Source: Verrucomicrobiota bacterium (GTDB lineage Bacteria > Verrucomicrobiota > Verrucomicrobiia > Limisphaerales > AAA164-E04). Taken from it: 64,000 bases of DNA. The stretch covers positions 3,232,001-3,296,000 of the forward strand of contig CP170459.1 of assembly GCA_047947115.1 (NCBI GenBank). The letters run 5' to 3'. The notes beneath the pieces are model-generated. The model was not told the origin of the DNA and did not search any database. It saw only the letters and a program-made list of their open reading frames with translations. Below are positions 1 through 9,232 of this stretch, piece by piece (position 1 is the first letter of the stretch; every line of letters starts with the position of its first letter). A program made the position numbers and the translations under genes.

Positions 1-199
1 ATTCCGGATCCGCCAAATCCAGCTGGGCGGAAGCGTCCAGAATGGCTGCGGGCCCCAACGCCGTTCCCGCTCCATAGGATACGGTGACTTCCCATGGCAC
101 GGGTAGCAGTATGACTGATGCGCTTTGTTCCTCTGCCGGCAGGCCGAACAAAGTTCCTTTGATGCCAACGCCGTTGGGGTCAAATGATAAGGATGACAT
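1..199 (-). CDS. Agmatinase/arginase (ureohydrolase) family protein, N-terminal part (runs off window edge)
   Basis: Manual translation from ATG at 199: MSSLSFDPNGVGIKGTLFGLP...VILLPVPWEVTVSYGAGTALGPAAILDASAQLDL; the PWE.T.SY..GT..GP.AI..AS motif is typical of agmatinases. Not in the ORF track. Confidence 0.8.
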   Translation of the reverse strand, partial: MSSLSFDPNGVGIKGTLFGLPAEEQSASVILLPVPWEVTVSYGAGTALGPAAILDASAQLDLADPE

Positions 200-238
200 A
201 TATAAACTGAATGATGTTGAGTGTTGGGTGAACGGCCT

Positions 239-1237
239 TTATGGGAGTCGGCTGCCCAATGCCGCCTCGGTGAGTCGATACCAGTGGTCCCGTGATAATT
301 CAATCTGTGAAGCCTGCATTGCCTTGCGAATACGTTCCGGCTGAATGGAGCCAATGACCGGCATGATTCCTGCCGGATGTTTCAATAACCATGCCAATGC
401 AAGGCCGCTTCGATTTGTCTCAATTTCACCGGCTATCTCATCCATCGTCTCCAGCAGGCTGGAACCGGTCTCCGAAGTCTGATGCTCGAAGTCGGGACGC
501 AGTCCGTCTCCGAGGAACCCTCTCGAAAGGGGGCTCCAAGCCATGGGGGTGATATGATGTTGGATGCATTGATCCAGTCGGCCATCCGAAACGGCTTGGT
601 GGGCCACCAGGCTGATTTCGATCTGGTGGACCGCTATCTTGACTCCCGCCCGATGATACATTTCAATTTGAGAAAGGGAAAAATTGCTGGCCCCGAACAG
701 CCGGATCATTCCCCTGGATTGAAGATGCCCGACGGCTTCCGCCACTTCATATGGGTGGCCCAGAAAGTCCGGCCGATGCAGCATGAGAATGTCCAGGTGG
801 TCGGTTCCTAATCGCTTAAGAGATCCTTCGCAGGACCGAATGATATGGTCTTTTGAAAAATCGTAACGATAAGGGGATTGCGGATCAGGTTTGCCGGCAA
901 ATCGGATGCCGCATTTGCTTGCGAGTATGATTTTTTCTCTAAGGGATGGTTGTTTTTTTAGCGTATCACCGAACAATTGCTCCGCTTCGCCATCGCAATA
1001 GATGTCAGCATGATCAAATACGGTAAATCCGGCATCAATCGCTGTCATGACGGCTGTTTCCGCCTGCTTTCTTCTCTCATCATCTATCGCCGCAGCATTC
1101 CAGGTGCCTGCCAGTCGCCAGCACCCATAAGCCAATTTGCCAGGGGGGACGGGCAGTTGGTCCAGTGGGTTGCGTGTTTGATCTTGAGATAATGCCGGCG
1201 GCTCCATGACGAAATCGTGTGGACTTGTCTCGGACAA
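239..1237 (-). CDS. Aldo/keto reductase (YdhF-like)
   Basis: GCWRL, FDHADIY, SKCGI, SLKRLGTDHLDILMLHRPD, GASNF, AWSPL motifs; alternative ATG at 1207. Confidence 0.9.
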   Translation of the reverse strand: MSETSPHDFVMEPPALSQDQTRNPLDQLPVPPGKLAYGCWRLAGTWNAAAIDDERRKQAETAVMTAIDAGFTVFDHADIYCDGEAEQLFGDTLKKQPSLREKIILASKCGIRFAGKPDPQSPYRYDFSKDHIIRSCEGSLKRLGTDHLDILMLHRPDFLGHPYEVAEAVGHLQSRGMIRLFGASNFSLSQIEMYHRAGVKIAVHQIEISLVAHQAVSDGRLDQCIQHHITPMAWSPLSRGFLGDGLRPDFEHQTSETGSSLLETMDEIAGEIETNRSGLALAWLLKHPAGIMPVIGSIQPERIRKAMQASQIELSRDHWYRLTEAALGSRLP

Positions 1238-1259
1238 ATCAAGTCAGATCGACATCGAA

Positions 1260-2990
1260 TCAATAACCGACCGCACAACCGTCCTTGCGTGGATCGGAAC
1301 CTCCGAAATATCTGAGAGGGTCATCCATTCGCCAGATGCTTTGGTAGCCGCCAAAAGCACCCGTTCCGCTGCGTAAGTTGTGGCCCATGGCTGTAAGCTT
1401 TTCTTTGACAGAATCATCAATCAGATTCTCGCAGCCCACCGATCCGGGGCCGGTGGATCGTTCGCCTTTTGGGGTTGAACTCTCGAAATGGGCGACGCGT
1501 GGTTGTTCGCCAGCTTGTTGGGGAGACATGTTGAAATCAATCATGTTCATCAATACCTGGGCATGGCCTTGCGGTTGAAAATCGCCTCCCATCACTCCGA
1601 AAGACATTACGGGTTCCTTGTCCTTTGTCAGGAATCCCGGAATGATGGTGTGGAAAGGCCGTTTCTTGGGTTCGAGTTTGTTCAGGTCCTCCTCGTTCAG
1701 TGAGAACAATTCGCCTCTATTCTGAAGCGCAAAGCCCATGCCGTCTGGAACCCATTTCGAACCCCATCCATGGTAGATGCTTTGGATGAACGATATCATG
1801 TTGCCATCCCGGTCGGCCGCAGTGAGGTAAACAGTGTCGGAAGGTCCGGTTAATCTGCCTGCCGCAACTTGTTGAGCCGCAGTGGTAGGGTTGATGCTTT
1901 TGACGCGTTCCGCTGCGTATTCCTTTGAAATGAGTTGCTGCAGGGGAACCTTGGCAAAATCCATGTCAGCGTAATAGATGGCTCGATCTTCAAAGGCCAG
2001 TTTCTTTGCTTCGATGAACAAATGCAGGTGTTCGGCCGAATTGGGCTCCATGGAAGCGATGTCAAAATGTTCCAACAAGTTGAGTATCTGCAATGCGGCA
2101 ATGCCCTGACCGTTGGGGGGCAGTTCCCAGACGTCATATCCACGATAATGGGTCGACACCGGATCAACCCAGTTGCACGTATGGTGTTTGAAATCTTCCA
2201 GAGAAAAACGTCCTCCTACTCTGTCCGAATAGGCAACCATACGTTCGGCCAATTCACCTTCGTAAAAAGCCCGGGGACCTTGTAGGGCAAGGGTCTTGAA
2301 AAAGTCGGCGAGATCGGGGTTTTTGATCCAGTCACCAAATTGCGGTTTTCTCCCTTCCGGACAGAAGGTCTTGTATAGGTTTTTGAAAGAAGAAGAGGAA
2401 GGTCCAATCCAACCGTCGGCAATGATGGGCGACAGCGGCCAACCTTCCTTGGCATAATAAATGGCTGGTTCCATCAATACATCAAATTTCAAATCTCCAA
2501 ATCGCCGGGAAAGCGCTTCCCATCCGCTGACGCAACCAGGGATGCTCCATGAGAGAGGGGAGTAGGGATCAATGCTATTCAATCCCAGCTCTCTGGCAGC
2601 GTTCAGGTTCCAGTTTGCGGGGGATCTACCACTGGCATTCAATCCGTGAAGTTGCTTCTCTTTTTGATCCCAATAAATGGCAAACAAATCCCCGCCGGGA
2701 CCGTTGCTCATGGGTTCGACGACACTGAGTACCGCATTGGCGGTGATGGCGGCATCGATTGCGTTGCCCCCTTTCTTCAATATGTCCAGTCCCGCTTGAG
2801 CGGCCAGAGGTTGACTGGTTGCCACCAACCCTTGTGAACAGGCTAGAGTGGAACGGTTTTGATTCCGTGTCCCTATGCCGCGCTTTTGAAAGGGGACTTG
2901 TTGATGGGCGTTCAGTTGCATTGATGCGGTGGACATGCAGCCGGCCGATACCACTGATCCAAATTTGAGAAATTCTCTGCGATCCATCAT
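1260..2990 (-). CDS. ggt: Gamma-glutamyltransferase with Tat signal peptide
   Basis: GGNAIDAAI, GPGGDLF, autoprocessing Thr in SDTVYLTAADRDGN, KRPFHTIIP, GVMGG, GGSDPRKDG; N-terminal DRREFLK. Start placed at ATG 2990 (ORF extends to 3029). Confidence 0.92.
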   Translation of the reverse strand: MMDRREFLKFGSVVSAGCMSTASMQLNAHQQVPFQKRGIGTRNQNRSTLACSQGLVATSQPLAAQAGLDILKKGGNAIDAAITANAVLSVVEPMSNGPGGDLFAIYWDQKEKQLHGLNASGRSPANWNLNAARELGLNSIDPYSPLSWSIPGCVSGWEALSRRFGDLKFDVLMEPAIYYAKEGWPLSPIIADGWIGPSSSSFKNLYKTFCPEGRKPQFGDWIKNPDLADFFKTLALQGPRAFYEGELAERMVAYSDRVGGRFSLEDFKHHTCNWVDPVSTHYRGYDVWELPPNGQGIAALQILNLLEHFDIASMEPNSAEHLHLFIEAKKLAFEDRAIYYADMDFAKVPLQQLISKEYAAERVKSINPTTAAQQVAAGRLTGPSDTVYLTAADRDGNMISFIQSIYHGWGSKWVPDGMGFALQNRGELFSLNEEDLNKLEPKKRPFHTIIPGFLTKDKEPVMSFGVMGGDFQPQGHAQVLMNMIDFNMSPQQAGEQPRVAHFESSTPKGERSTGPGSVGCENLIDDSVKEKLTAMGHNLRSGTGAFGGYQSIWRMDDPLRYFGGSDPRKDGCAVGY

Positions 2991-3054
2991 CTGGCTATTG
3001 AATCCTGTGTCATCCGGAATCGCAAGCAAGGATGTTTGTTGTGTCGGGGGGCGG

Positions 3055-3090
3055 GAAAAAACAAGACGGGCCTGTCGCCAGGCCCGCTTT
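3055..3090 (-). terminator. Rho-independent terminator after 3123..3530
   Basis: On the minus strand AAAGCGGGCCTG-GCGA-CAGGCCCG followed by TCTTGTTTTTT. Confidence 0.7.
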
Positions 3091-3122
3091 TATTCATCTT
3101 GGTTGCTTGGTTGAAGGGATGC

Positions 3123-3530
3123 CTAGTTCTTTTTGTTGCGGACGGCTTTCTTCTTTGGCTTGGCCGCTTTGCTGGCCGCTGTTCCCTTGAGAGAGTACAT
3201 CTGTCCGTCCTTGATGAACTGCTTGTTGGTGTATAGCGCCGCAGACAAGGAGTTTAACGGGTTATTTGTCGAAAACTGGTAACCCATTCCCCGTACCGCT
3301 TCCAGAATCTCGTGACGGCTCTTGGGACCATCTTCAAGTGATTTGCTGATTGCCTGTTTCAAGTTGATTTCATTCTTGGGTCGGCGACGCTTTTGTCCGA
3401 TCACGAAGGTAGGAGGAGCCCCTGCATTGCCCAGTAACTGGTCAATTTCACGGATTTTCTCCACAATCTTGGCTCGCGTTTGAAGCAGACTGTCCCGCTT
3501 CTCCAAAAAGATTTTCAGTTTTTCTTCCAT
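3123..3530 (-). CDS. Small basic protein: coiled coil + winged-helix-like domain + Lys/Ala-rich tail; putative nucleoid-associated protein
   Basis: Heptad-like N-terminus, KRRRPK linker, LKQAI..L...PKSRHEILEAV...GY....NPLNSLSAALY helix pattern, tail AASKAAKPKKKAVRNKKN; has its own terminator. Confidence 0.6.
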   Translation of the reverse strand: MEEKLKIFLEKRDSLLQTRAKIVEKIREIDQLLGNAGAPPTFVIGQKRRRPKNEINLKQAISKSLEDGPKSRHEILEAVRGMGYQFSTNNPLNSLSAALYTNKQFIKDGQMYSLKGTAASKAAKPKKKAVRNKKN

Positions 3531-3813
3531 AATATTCGATTCGAGTTGGTTTACTCAAAGTGCATACAAATACTAAACAGGAAACTTTGATTTGCAAACA
3601 AAAACAGTGCGCCTATAGCTTTGATGTTCTGTTTTTTGAATTGTCATTTTTTTGTCATGTTTTGTTTTGTGAATTTTTATGTAAAAACAGATAATAACCA
3701 TATTACTAATTGGTAATGGAATGTTAGAATTAGTTTTTACTCTTTTAAATATTTAGGTTTCATTCGTTCTTGATGAAGTTTTTTTTGGCATATTAATCTG
3801 TTTCAACCTTGTT

Positions 3814-6800
3814 CTAATTCTGGGGCGTTGGAGTGATGCTTTCTAGTTCCAGTTGGTTGGCGTTTTCATTTTTGGTTTCAGCTGTCAGGTCCATGGCAAA
3901 CAAGATCTTGCGCACAACTCGCTCCAGTGCTGGATCGTGAAATGTTGCATCCGGGCCAATGTAGCGGGCCTGCACGGCTTGTATGCAGATGTCTCGCGCC
4001 CGGTCCAGTTGCCCTCGGCGCCACCAGTATTCGGCCATCAGGGAGAGTGTGCGGTGGGGGGCCAACGGATCGGCTGAAAAGTCTGCCGGACCGAACAAGG
4101 TTTCATCCGGGTCAAAGGCTTCCTTGCTATACTGTTGAAAGGATGCGTCATCTTGCTTGTCCCATGCCAATTCCACCAGATTCATACGATATACGCGCTG
4201 GTTGGCCGGATCCGCCTCGATCAGGTGCTGCAGCATGGCAGAAAGAAGTTCGGTGTTCGGTTGGTGAAAGATGGTTCTTTGTCCCCGATAGGCCATCAAT
4301 ACCTGATAGGTCGTCTGTTTGATCAGGTCCAGAGGAGGTTGCTCCTCTGCGGAAAAAGTTCGAATATAAGACCTTAGCCGAGCCGCTTCAAATGCCCATT
4401 CACTTTCGGCGTTTGAGGTGGAGGCGGACAACAGGTGCAGGGCTGTTTCTTCGGGTGATGATTCCAGCCATCGGCGGACAATGGAGCGGAATACGGCCGG
4501 CTCAAAAAATTGCTGATCCATCTGGAGCAGGCTCAAAGCCCGCATTTGATCCATAGACCAATCCGCATGGCGGGAGTACTCCGATAGCAACAGGGGAGGA
4601 TTTGCCTGAAACTGCTCGTTTGCGTCTTCAAAGAACAACGGCTTGTCGGGAGCCGGATGAGCCCTGGTCGCGGTGACTCGAAGTGATGGGAACTCGATTG
4701 AATGCATGATGGATTCGTCCGGCACGAGATGAAATCCGTTTTCGAACGAGGTGATTTGAGTGGTCAGCAACATCGGCCATATTTCCAGTCCCTGTGTTTG
4801 CAGGACGCTTTGTACCTCCGGTTGCTGGATGCGTTGTTGCAGGGTTTCCATGGGCCAGGACCGGGGGGTGGCGGTACCAATCAGGATATGTTCGCCATGC
4901 CCGATATTCCAGATCGAAGTTTGCGGGAAGACTGAGCCAAAAGTGGCCACCACGGTTTCAATGGTTGGATCATCCAGATGGGATAACTGCAGGTTTTGGA
5001 TCATCAAACCATCTTCACCCAAGTGATCTCGGCATTGTTCGTAAAATTCCAAGGTGAACGTCGAGACATCCATGGATCTCCATGGTCTGGCGTATTGATT
5101 GATGATGACGTCGTATGAGGCAGAGTTGGCGCGAAGGAAGTTAACCGGAGTCACCGGATGATACCGAAAATTCGTTCGCTCCAGCAACTTTCCGTTGGAT
5201 GCAGAAAAAGAGGCAATGACTTCGCGCAGGGAGGTTCGAGGTTCGATGCCGTCCAACTGTTGCACCGTAGGCATGGACGCAAATATTCCGGCTGTCATTC
5301 CTGCTCGAAGTCCAAAAATGGCAACTTGTTGCGGGCGGCCATGAAGCACGTAGGGGATCATGGTGTTCAGGACAGGTTTGATCTGGTGCACGTAGCCGCG
5401 TTCGATCACTTCGCCGTTGATGCGCAATTCCAGTTGCGAGTCCTCGGGGTAATCATAGGAGTGAATGGCCACCGTGCCTTGCGGATCTTCCCGATAGTAG
5501 ATCTGATCCGATCGATATGCCCATTGCATGGAGTGTTCTTTGGTTCTGAAGAATCCGGTGGACAAATCGTCGGCCTGACTGAATGCCAGTCTCCAGGCAT
5601 GTTCAAATTTGGATCCCGCATAGGAAACAATCAGCACGAACAGGATCGAACTTGCGAGCCGGCTCATGCCCGCCCATTTGGGCCTTTGCTGAAGCAGGAG
5701 AAACACCGCGAGCGCCAATGTGGATGCCGCCGGAATGACAGCCATTCTTGACAGCCCCAGGCCGGGTATGAGGACATGGCGAAGCATGATCCAGGCTATG
5801 CTGCCGGTTATCAGGAGGCGGACGAAATGTGAGCGAATCATTTTCCTGGGTCCCACATGCTGAGCCAGGCATCCCAATCCATACATCGGGATGAAGATGA
5901 TTCCACCGAAAAGGCTGATGTATAAAAAGGCATGAACGGTGAAGCCTCCCGTGGAACCGGTCAGTTTCTGTTTCAGATCCACCAGCCAAAAGGGAATCGG
6001 TTCGTAAAAATACAAAAGTGCAAAAGTCAACAAACCATAGATGCCCAGACCCCATACGGTGCCATTGGATTGGGGTTGTTTTGTGCCGGACGGAAAGAGG
6101 AAGCCCAGTCCGATCGCGGTCAAAGCGAGGCAGGACCAGCACACGTGCCAGAAAACAATGTCCCCCCACACCCAATCAGAAAACCGCAACCAGACCGTCA
6201 ATGCACTTGCTCCCATGATGCCAAGATACAGCCACATCCTGTCCTGTTGCCCGGATGCGGATGCTGTGTCCGCACTGGTTTCCGGATCGCTGCTCAGCCT
6301 GTCTCCCAGGATGCTGCCGGCTTTTGCAATCAATCCACCCGCTCCCGTGAGCAGCCACACCAGGGCGGTCATCGGGACACTGAATTCCAAACCAAAAAAA
6401 GGATGGAAAAAGAGATATGCCGCCCCAAATCCGGAGGAAGCAGTCACCAGGACCCATCCCAAACGACCGTGATGACGGTTGTCATGGTCGTGTTGCGGTC
6501 TGTTCGATGGTGACAGGGGAGAGTGACAGCCAGCCCCGCAGGCTGTCCCTGCAAACAGCCCGGGAATGGCACCGAGAGTCAAGGAGGTGGCTGCCGCCGC
6601 CATCAACCATCCAAAGGGTGCTGATGTGGATGTGACCCAGAGCCCATCCATAAAAGTTGCGAGCATGGGTTGCAGCCATGCCTGGATTCCGGTGACCAGC
6701 CCGGCCCATCCCAACAATCCCCAACGATGGATGCGGCCGGATTGGATCCATCGGTCGGACCAGAGCAATCCCAGGCATGCTCCAATCATGAACGCCGCCG

Positions 6801-6969
6801 GCAACCATGAACTTATCAAGTGCGAGGAACCGGATGCTTTATTCCCGAAATGAAGGCAAAGCGCCAACAACATGCCGGAGCCAAGTCCTGAGACCAGGAC
6901 AGCTGGCAAGTCGCCGATCCGGGGTCGTTTGCTTTTCGATGATGTAATGGGTGTGGATGTCCAACTCAT
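3814..6969 (-). CDS. Fused multi-pass membrane / spermidine-synthase-like protein with helical (TPR-like) C-terminus
   Basis: Many TM segments, then LRINGE, VAIFGLRAGMTAG, GIEP, YDVII, FTLEFYEQCRDHLGEDGLMIQ, TFGSVFP motifs. Start uncertain (6969 or 7050). Confidence 0.75.
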   Translation of the reverse strand: MSWTSTPITSSKSKRPRIGDLPAVLVSGLGSGMLLALCLHFGNKASGSSHLISSWLPAAFMIGACLGLLWSDRWIQSGRIHRWGLLGWAGLVTGIQAWLQPMLATFMDGLWVTSTSAPFGWLMAAAATSLTLGAIPGLFAGTACGAGCHSPLSPSNRPQHDHDNRHHGRLGWVLVTASSGFGAAYLFFHPFFGLEFSVPMTALVWLLTGAGGLIAKAGSILGDRLSSDPETSADTASASGQQDRMWLYLGIMGASALTVWLRFSDWVWGDIVFWHVCWSCLALTAIGLGFLFPSGTKQPQSNGTVWGLGIYGLLTFALLYFYEPIPFWLVDLKQKLTGSTGGFTVHAFLYISLFGGIIFIPMYGLGCLAQHVGPRKMIRSHFVRLLITGSIAWIMLRHVLIPGLGLSRMAVIPAASTLALAVFLLLQQRPKWAGMSRLASSILFVLIVSYAGSKFEHAWRLAFSQADDLSTGFFRTKEHSMQWAYRSDQIYYREDPQGTVAIHSYDYPEDSQLELRINGEVIERGYVHQIKPVLNTMIPYVLHGRPQQVAIFGLRAGMTAGIFASMPTVQQLDGIEPRTSLREVIASFSASNGKLLERTNFRYHPVTPVNFLRANSASYDVIINQYARPWRSMDVSTFTLEFYEQCRDHLGEDGLMIQNLQLSHLDDPTIETVVATFGSVFPQTSIWNIGHGEHILIGTATPRSWPMETLQQRIQQPEVQSVLQTQGLEIWPMLLTTQITSFENGFHLVPDESIMHSIEFPSLRVTATRAHPAPDKPLFFEDANEQFQANPPLLLSEYSRHADWSMDQMRALSLLQMDQQFFEPAVFRSIVRRWLESSPEETALHLLSASTSNAESEWAFEAARLRSYIRTFSAEEQPPLDLIKQTTYQVLMAYRGQRTIFHQPNTELLSAMLQHLIEADPANQRVYRMNLVELAWDKQDDASFQQYSKEAFDPDETLFGPADFSADPLAPHRTLSLMAEYWWRRGQLDRARDICIQAVQARYIGPDATFHDPALERVVRKILFAMDLTAETKNENANQLELESITPTPQN

Positions 6970-7060
6970 GGATTCAATGGGTTTTGCCTTAACAAGGCTT
7001 GAATAATTGACTGCCAAAAGACTCCATGAATTCCATCGAGTCGCAAGCAAATCTTCCTAA

Positions 7061-9130
7061 TTAATTGGCCAGTGGGAGCCAAACCGACATCGCGGACGGA
7101 CCGCGGTTGGCCCACGCGTAATACGGAATGAATCGTGTGGTGATTCTTTGTTCGTCCCTCTTTTCCAGGGGACGGTAAAGCACGCCTTCCCAATCCGAAG
7201 GCGATTCGATGATGATTTCACCCCGCAATGTGCCGACTCCGTTCAGCAGTTGTGGCAGGTATTCCACACTTGAATGAAAATCGGAGGGTATCTTGACGGA
7301 ATGGATGCTGACGTCCTTGGGGAGATCCGGTGATTCCAGACAATAAACAATCGGGCCCCGTTTCAAGGCAACCTGTCCCCGGGTTTCTTCCACCAGGGGA
7401 TGCGAAGTCATCAATTGCGGGGTCATTTCAAATTGGAGTTCAATGATGTCTCCCGTTTTCCAGTCTCGTTGCAGCGTCAGGTATTGGCCGGGTTGTGCCG
7501 GTTCCTCTGTCGCATGTCCGTTGATGTTGACTTGCGCTGATCGGGTCCATCCGGGTATGCGGCATTTGAGTGAAAAAGGGATTGTGGGGCACACCTTCCA
7601 TTCCAGACGCACCCCGCTGGCCCAGGGATAAAGAGTGGTTTGTTCGAGATGGATGTCGCCGTTTGCGGGAAGTTTGGTTTGGAGTTCGCTGGATCCATAC
7701 AGATTCACCCAGAGCGTTTTGTCCGAAAGAGCGTATGCGTATTGAGGTGTGCGTGCAATGGTGCGCACCAGGTTAGGGGGGCAGCAGAACGAAGTCACGA
7801 AAGGTACTCGGGTGCGTGACCAGCGCAGGTCGACGGGAAGGGGATCCACGTTGCGCAGCGGGTTCACGTAAAAGAAGTCTGTTCCATCCAGACTGACTCC
7901 GGACAAGACACTGTTGTACAGCGCCAGCTCCAGCACATCGATGTATGCGGCATCGCCTGATGCCTGGAACATGCGCCAGTTCCACAGCACATTGCCGATG
8001 TTGGCGCAGGTTTCGTTGTGAGCCGTTAAGTTGGGTAATTGGTAATTGCGTCCGTATGCCTGATGAACGCGTGTAATAATCCGCTGTTGAGTTGAGCCGT
8101 CCGGTGCAGCCCCGTCATAGAGTGCTCCACATCCTCCCGTGATGTAGAGCTTTTTCTCAACAAGGTTTTGCCATGTGGCCTGCAATGGAGGCCAAAGGGA
8201 TTCATCCTTGGTTTCCAGGAACAAATCGGCGACTCCTGAGTAGAGATAATTGGCTCTCACTGCATGCCCGTGGATTTCCTGATGATTCCTTAAAGGTAGC
8301 CGATCCTGATTGTCATCGCCTCCATCCTCCACCAGATCACGCATGTCGATCAAATGCTTAGCCAACAACAACCAATCCGGATTGTTTGTCGTGCGGTACA
8401 AATCGATCAATCCCATGTAATGCGACGGGCACACGGAATTTCTGGCCAGTTCGGGCGTGGGATTTCGAAATGCTTCTTTGAGAAAGGAGGCCGCCTTGAT
8501 GGCTACGTTCAGGAAAGTGTCCTTTCCGGCGACTTGATGGTGTGTCACGGCAGCGGTCATCAAATGCCCCATGTTATACATTTCGAAATTGAATCGATCC
8601 TGAAAAGGGCGGGCGGTGGTGTCACCATTCCGAACTTTTACCAGAACCGGTGTGTGAATGTATCCGTCCGTTCGTTGGGCCAGTGCAATGGTTGCGATGA
8701 TCTCGTCCAGCAGTTCATCCCAGTCCGGATCGAAATGAATCGACTGGGCCAGGCAGAGAGCTTCCATCCATTTGTAAAAATCGCCGTCATTCCATTGGGC
8801 GCCATGATAGCCCCCCTCTTCCAGACCTGCCGCGATGCGGAAATGTTGATAGAAGGGTTTGTAGCGGTAGCCTTTCATCAAATCCCACATCTGAGGAATC
8901 ATGGATGTGCGGCAATTTTCCCATCGATCTTTCCAGAATCCGTTCAGCCATTGAGCGTCACCGGATGGGGTCTCATGAATGGCATGCTCAAGTCTTTGGG
9001 GCTCTTTGGATGCTGCCTGGAGGTGGGGCATTGCCAAATACATCAACCATCCTGTCAAAATGAAAAACAATCCGGGGCGGGCGGTGATCCTCAAGAGGTA
9101 TCCTGTCGTTGGTGTCTGTTTTGTCTGCAT
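7061..9130 (-). CDS. Glycoside hydrolase family 127 (beta-L-arabinofuranosidase-like, DUF1680)
   Basis: DGDFYKWMEA, EMYNMGHL, GHAVRANYLY, YITGGCG, NETCANIG, CCPPN, IPYYAWANRG; signal-peptide-like N-terminus. Confidence 0.92.
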   Translation of the reverse strand: MQTKQTPTTGYLLRITARPGLFFILTGWLMYLAMPHLQAASKEPQRLEHAIHETPSGDAQWLNGFWKDRWENCRTSMIPQMWDLMKGYRYKPFYQHFRIAAGLEEGGYHGAQWNDGDFYKWMEALCLAQSIHFDPDWDELLDEIIATIALAQRTDGYIHTPVLVKVRNGDTTARPFQDRFNFEMYNMGHLMTAAVTHHQVAGKDTFLNVAIKAASFLKEAFRNPTPELARNSVCPSHYMGLIDLYRTTNNPDWLLLAKHLIDMRDLVEDGGDDNQDRLPLRNHQEIHGHAVRANYLYSGVADLFLETKDESLWPPLQATWQNLVEKKLYITGGCGALYDGAAPDGSTQQRIITRVHQAYGRNYQLPNLTAHNETCANIGNVLWNWRMFQASGDAAYIDVLELALYNSVLSGVSLDGTDFFYVNPLRNVDPLPVDLRWSRTRVPFVTSFCCPPNLVRTIARTPQYAYALSDKTLWVNLYGSSELQTKLPANGDIHLEQTTLYPWASGVRLEWKVCPTIPFSLKCRIPGWTRSAQVNINGHATEEPAQPGQYLTLQRDWKTGDIIELQFEMTPQLMTSHPLVEETRGQVALKRGPIVYCLESPDLPKDVSIHSVKIPSDFHSSVEYLPQLLNGVGTLRGEIIIESPSDWEGVLYRPLEKRDEQRITTRFIPYYAWANRGPSAMSVWLPLAN

Positions 9131-9232
9131 GTATCAATGAGGATGCTGTTTTTGTTTTATTCAATGGATTACGACTTGTCCAGTGCTGTCGTTTTGGCAT
9201 GATGAAGGGACCATGAACCACGCGACAGAGCT

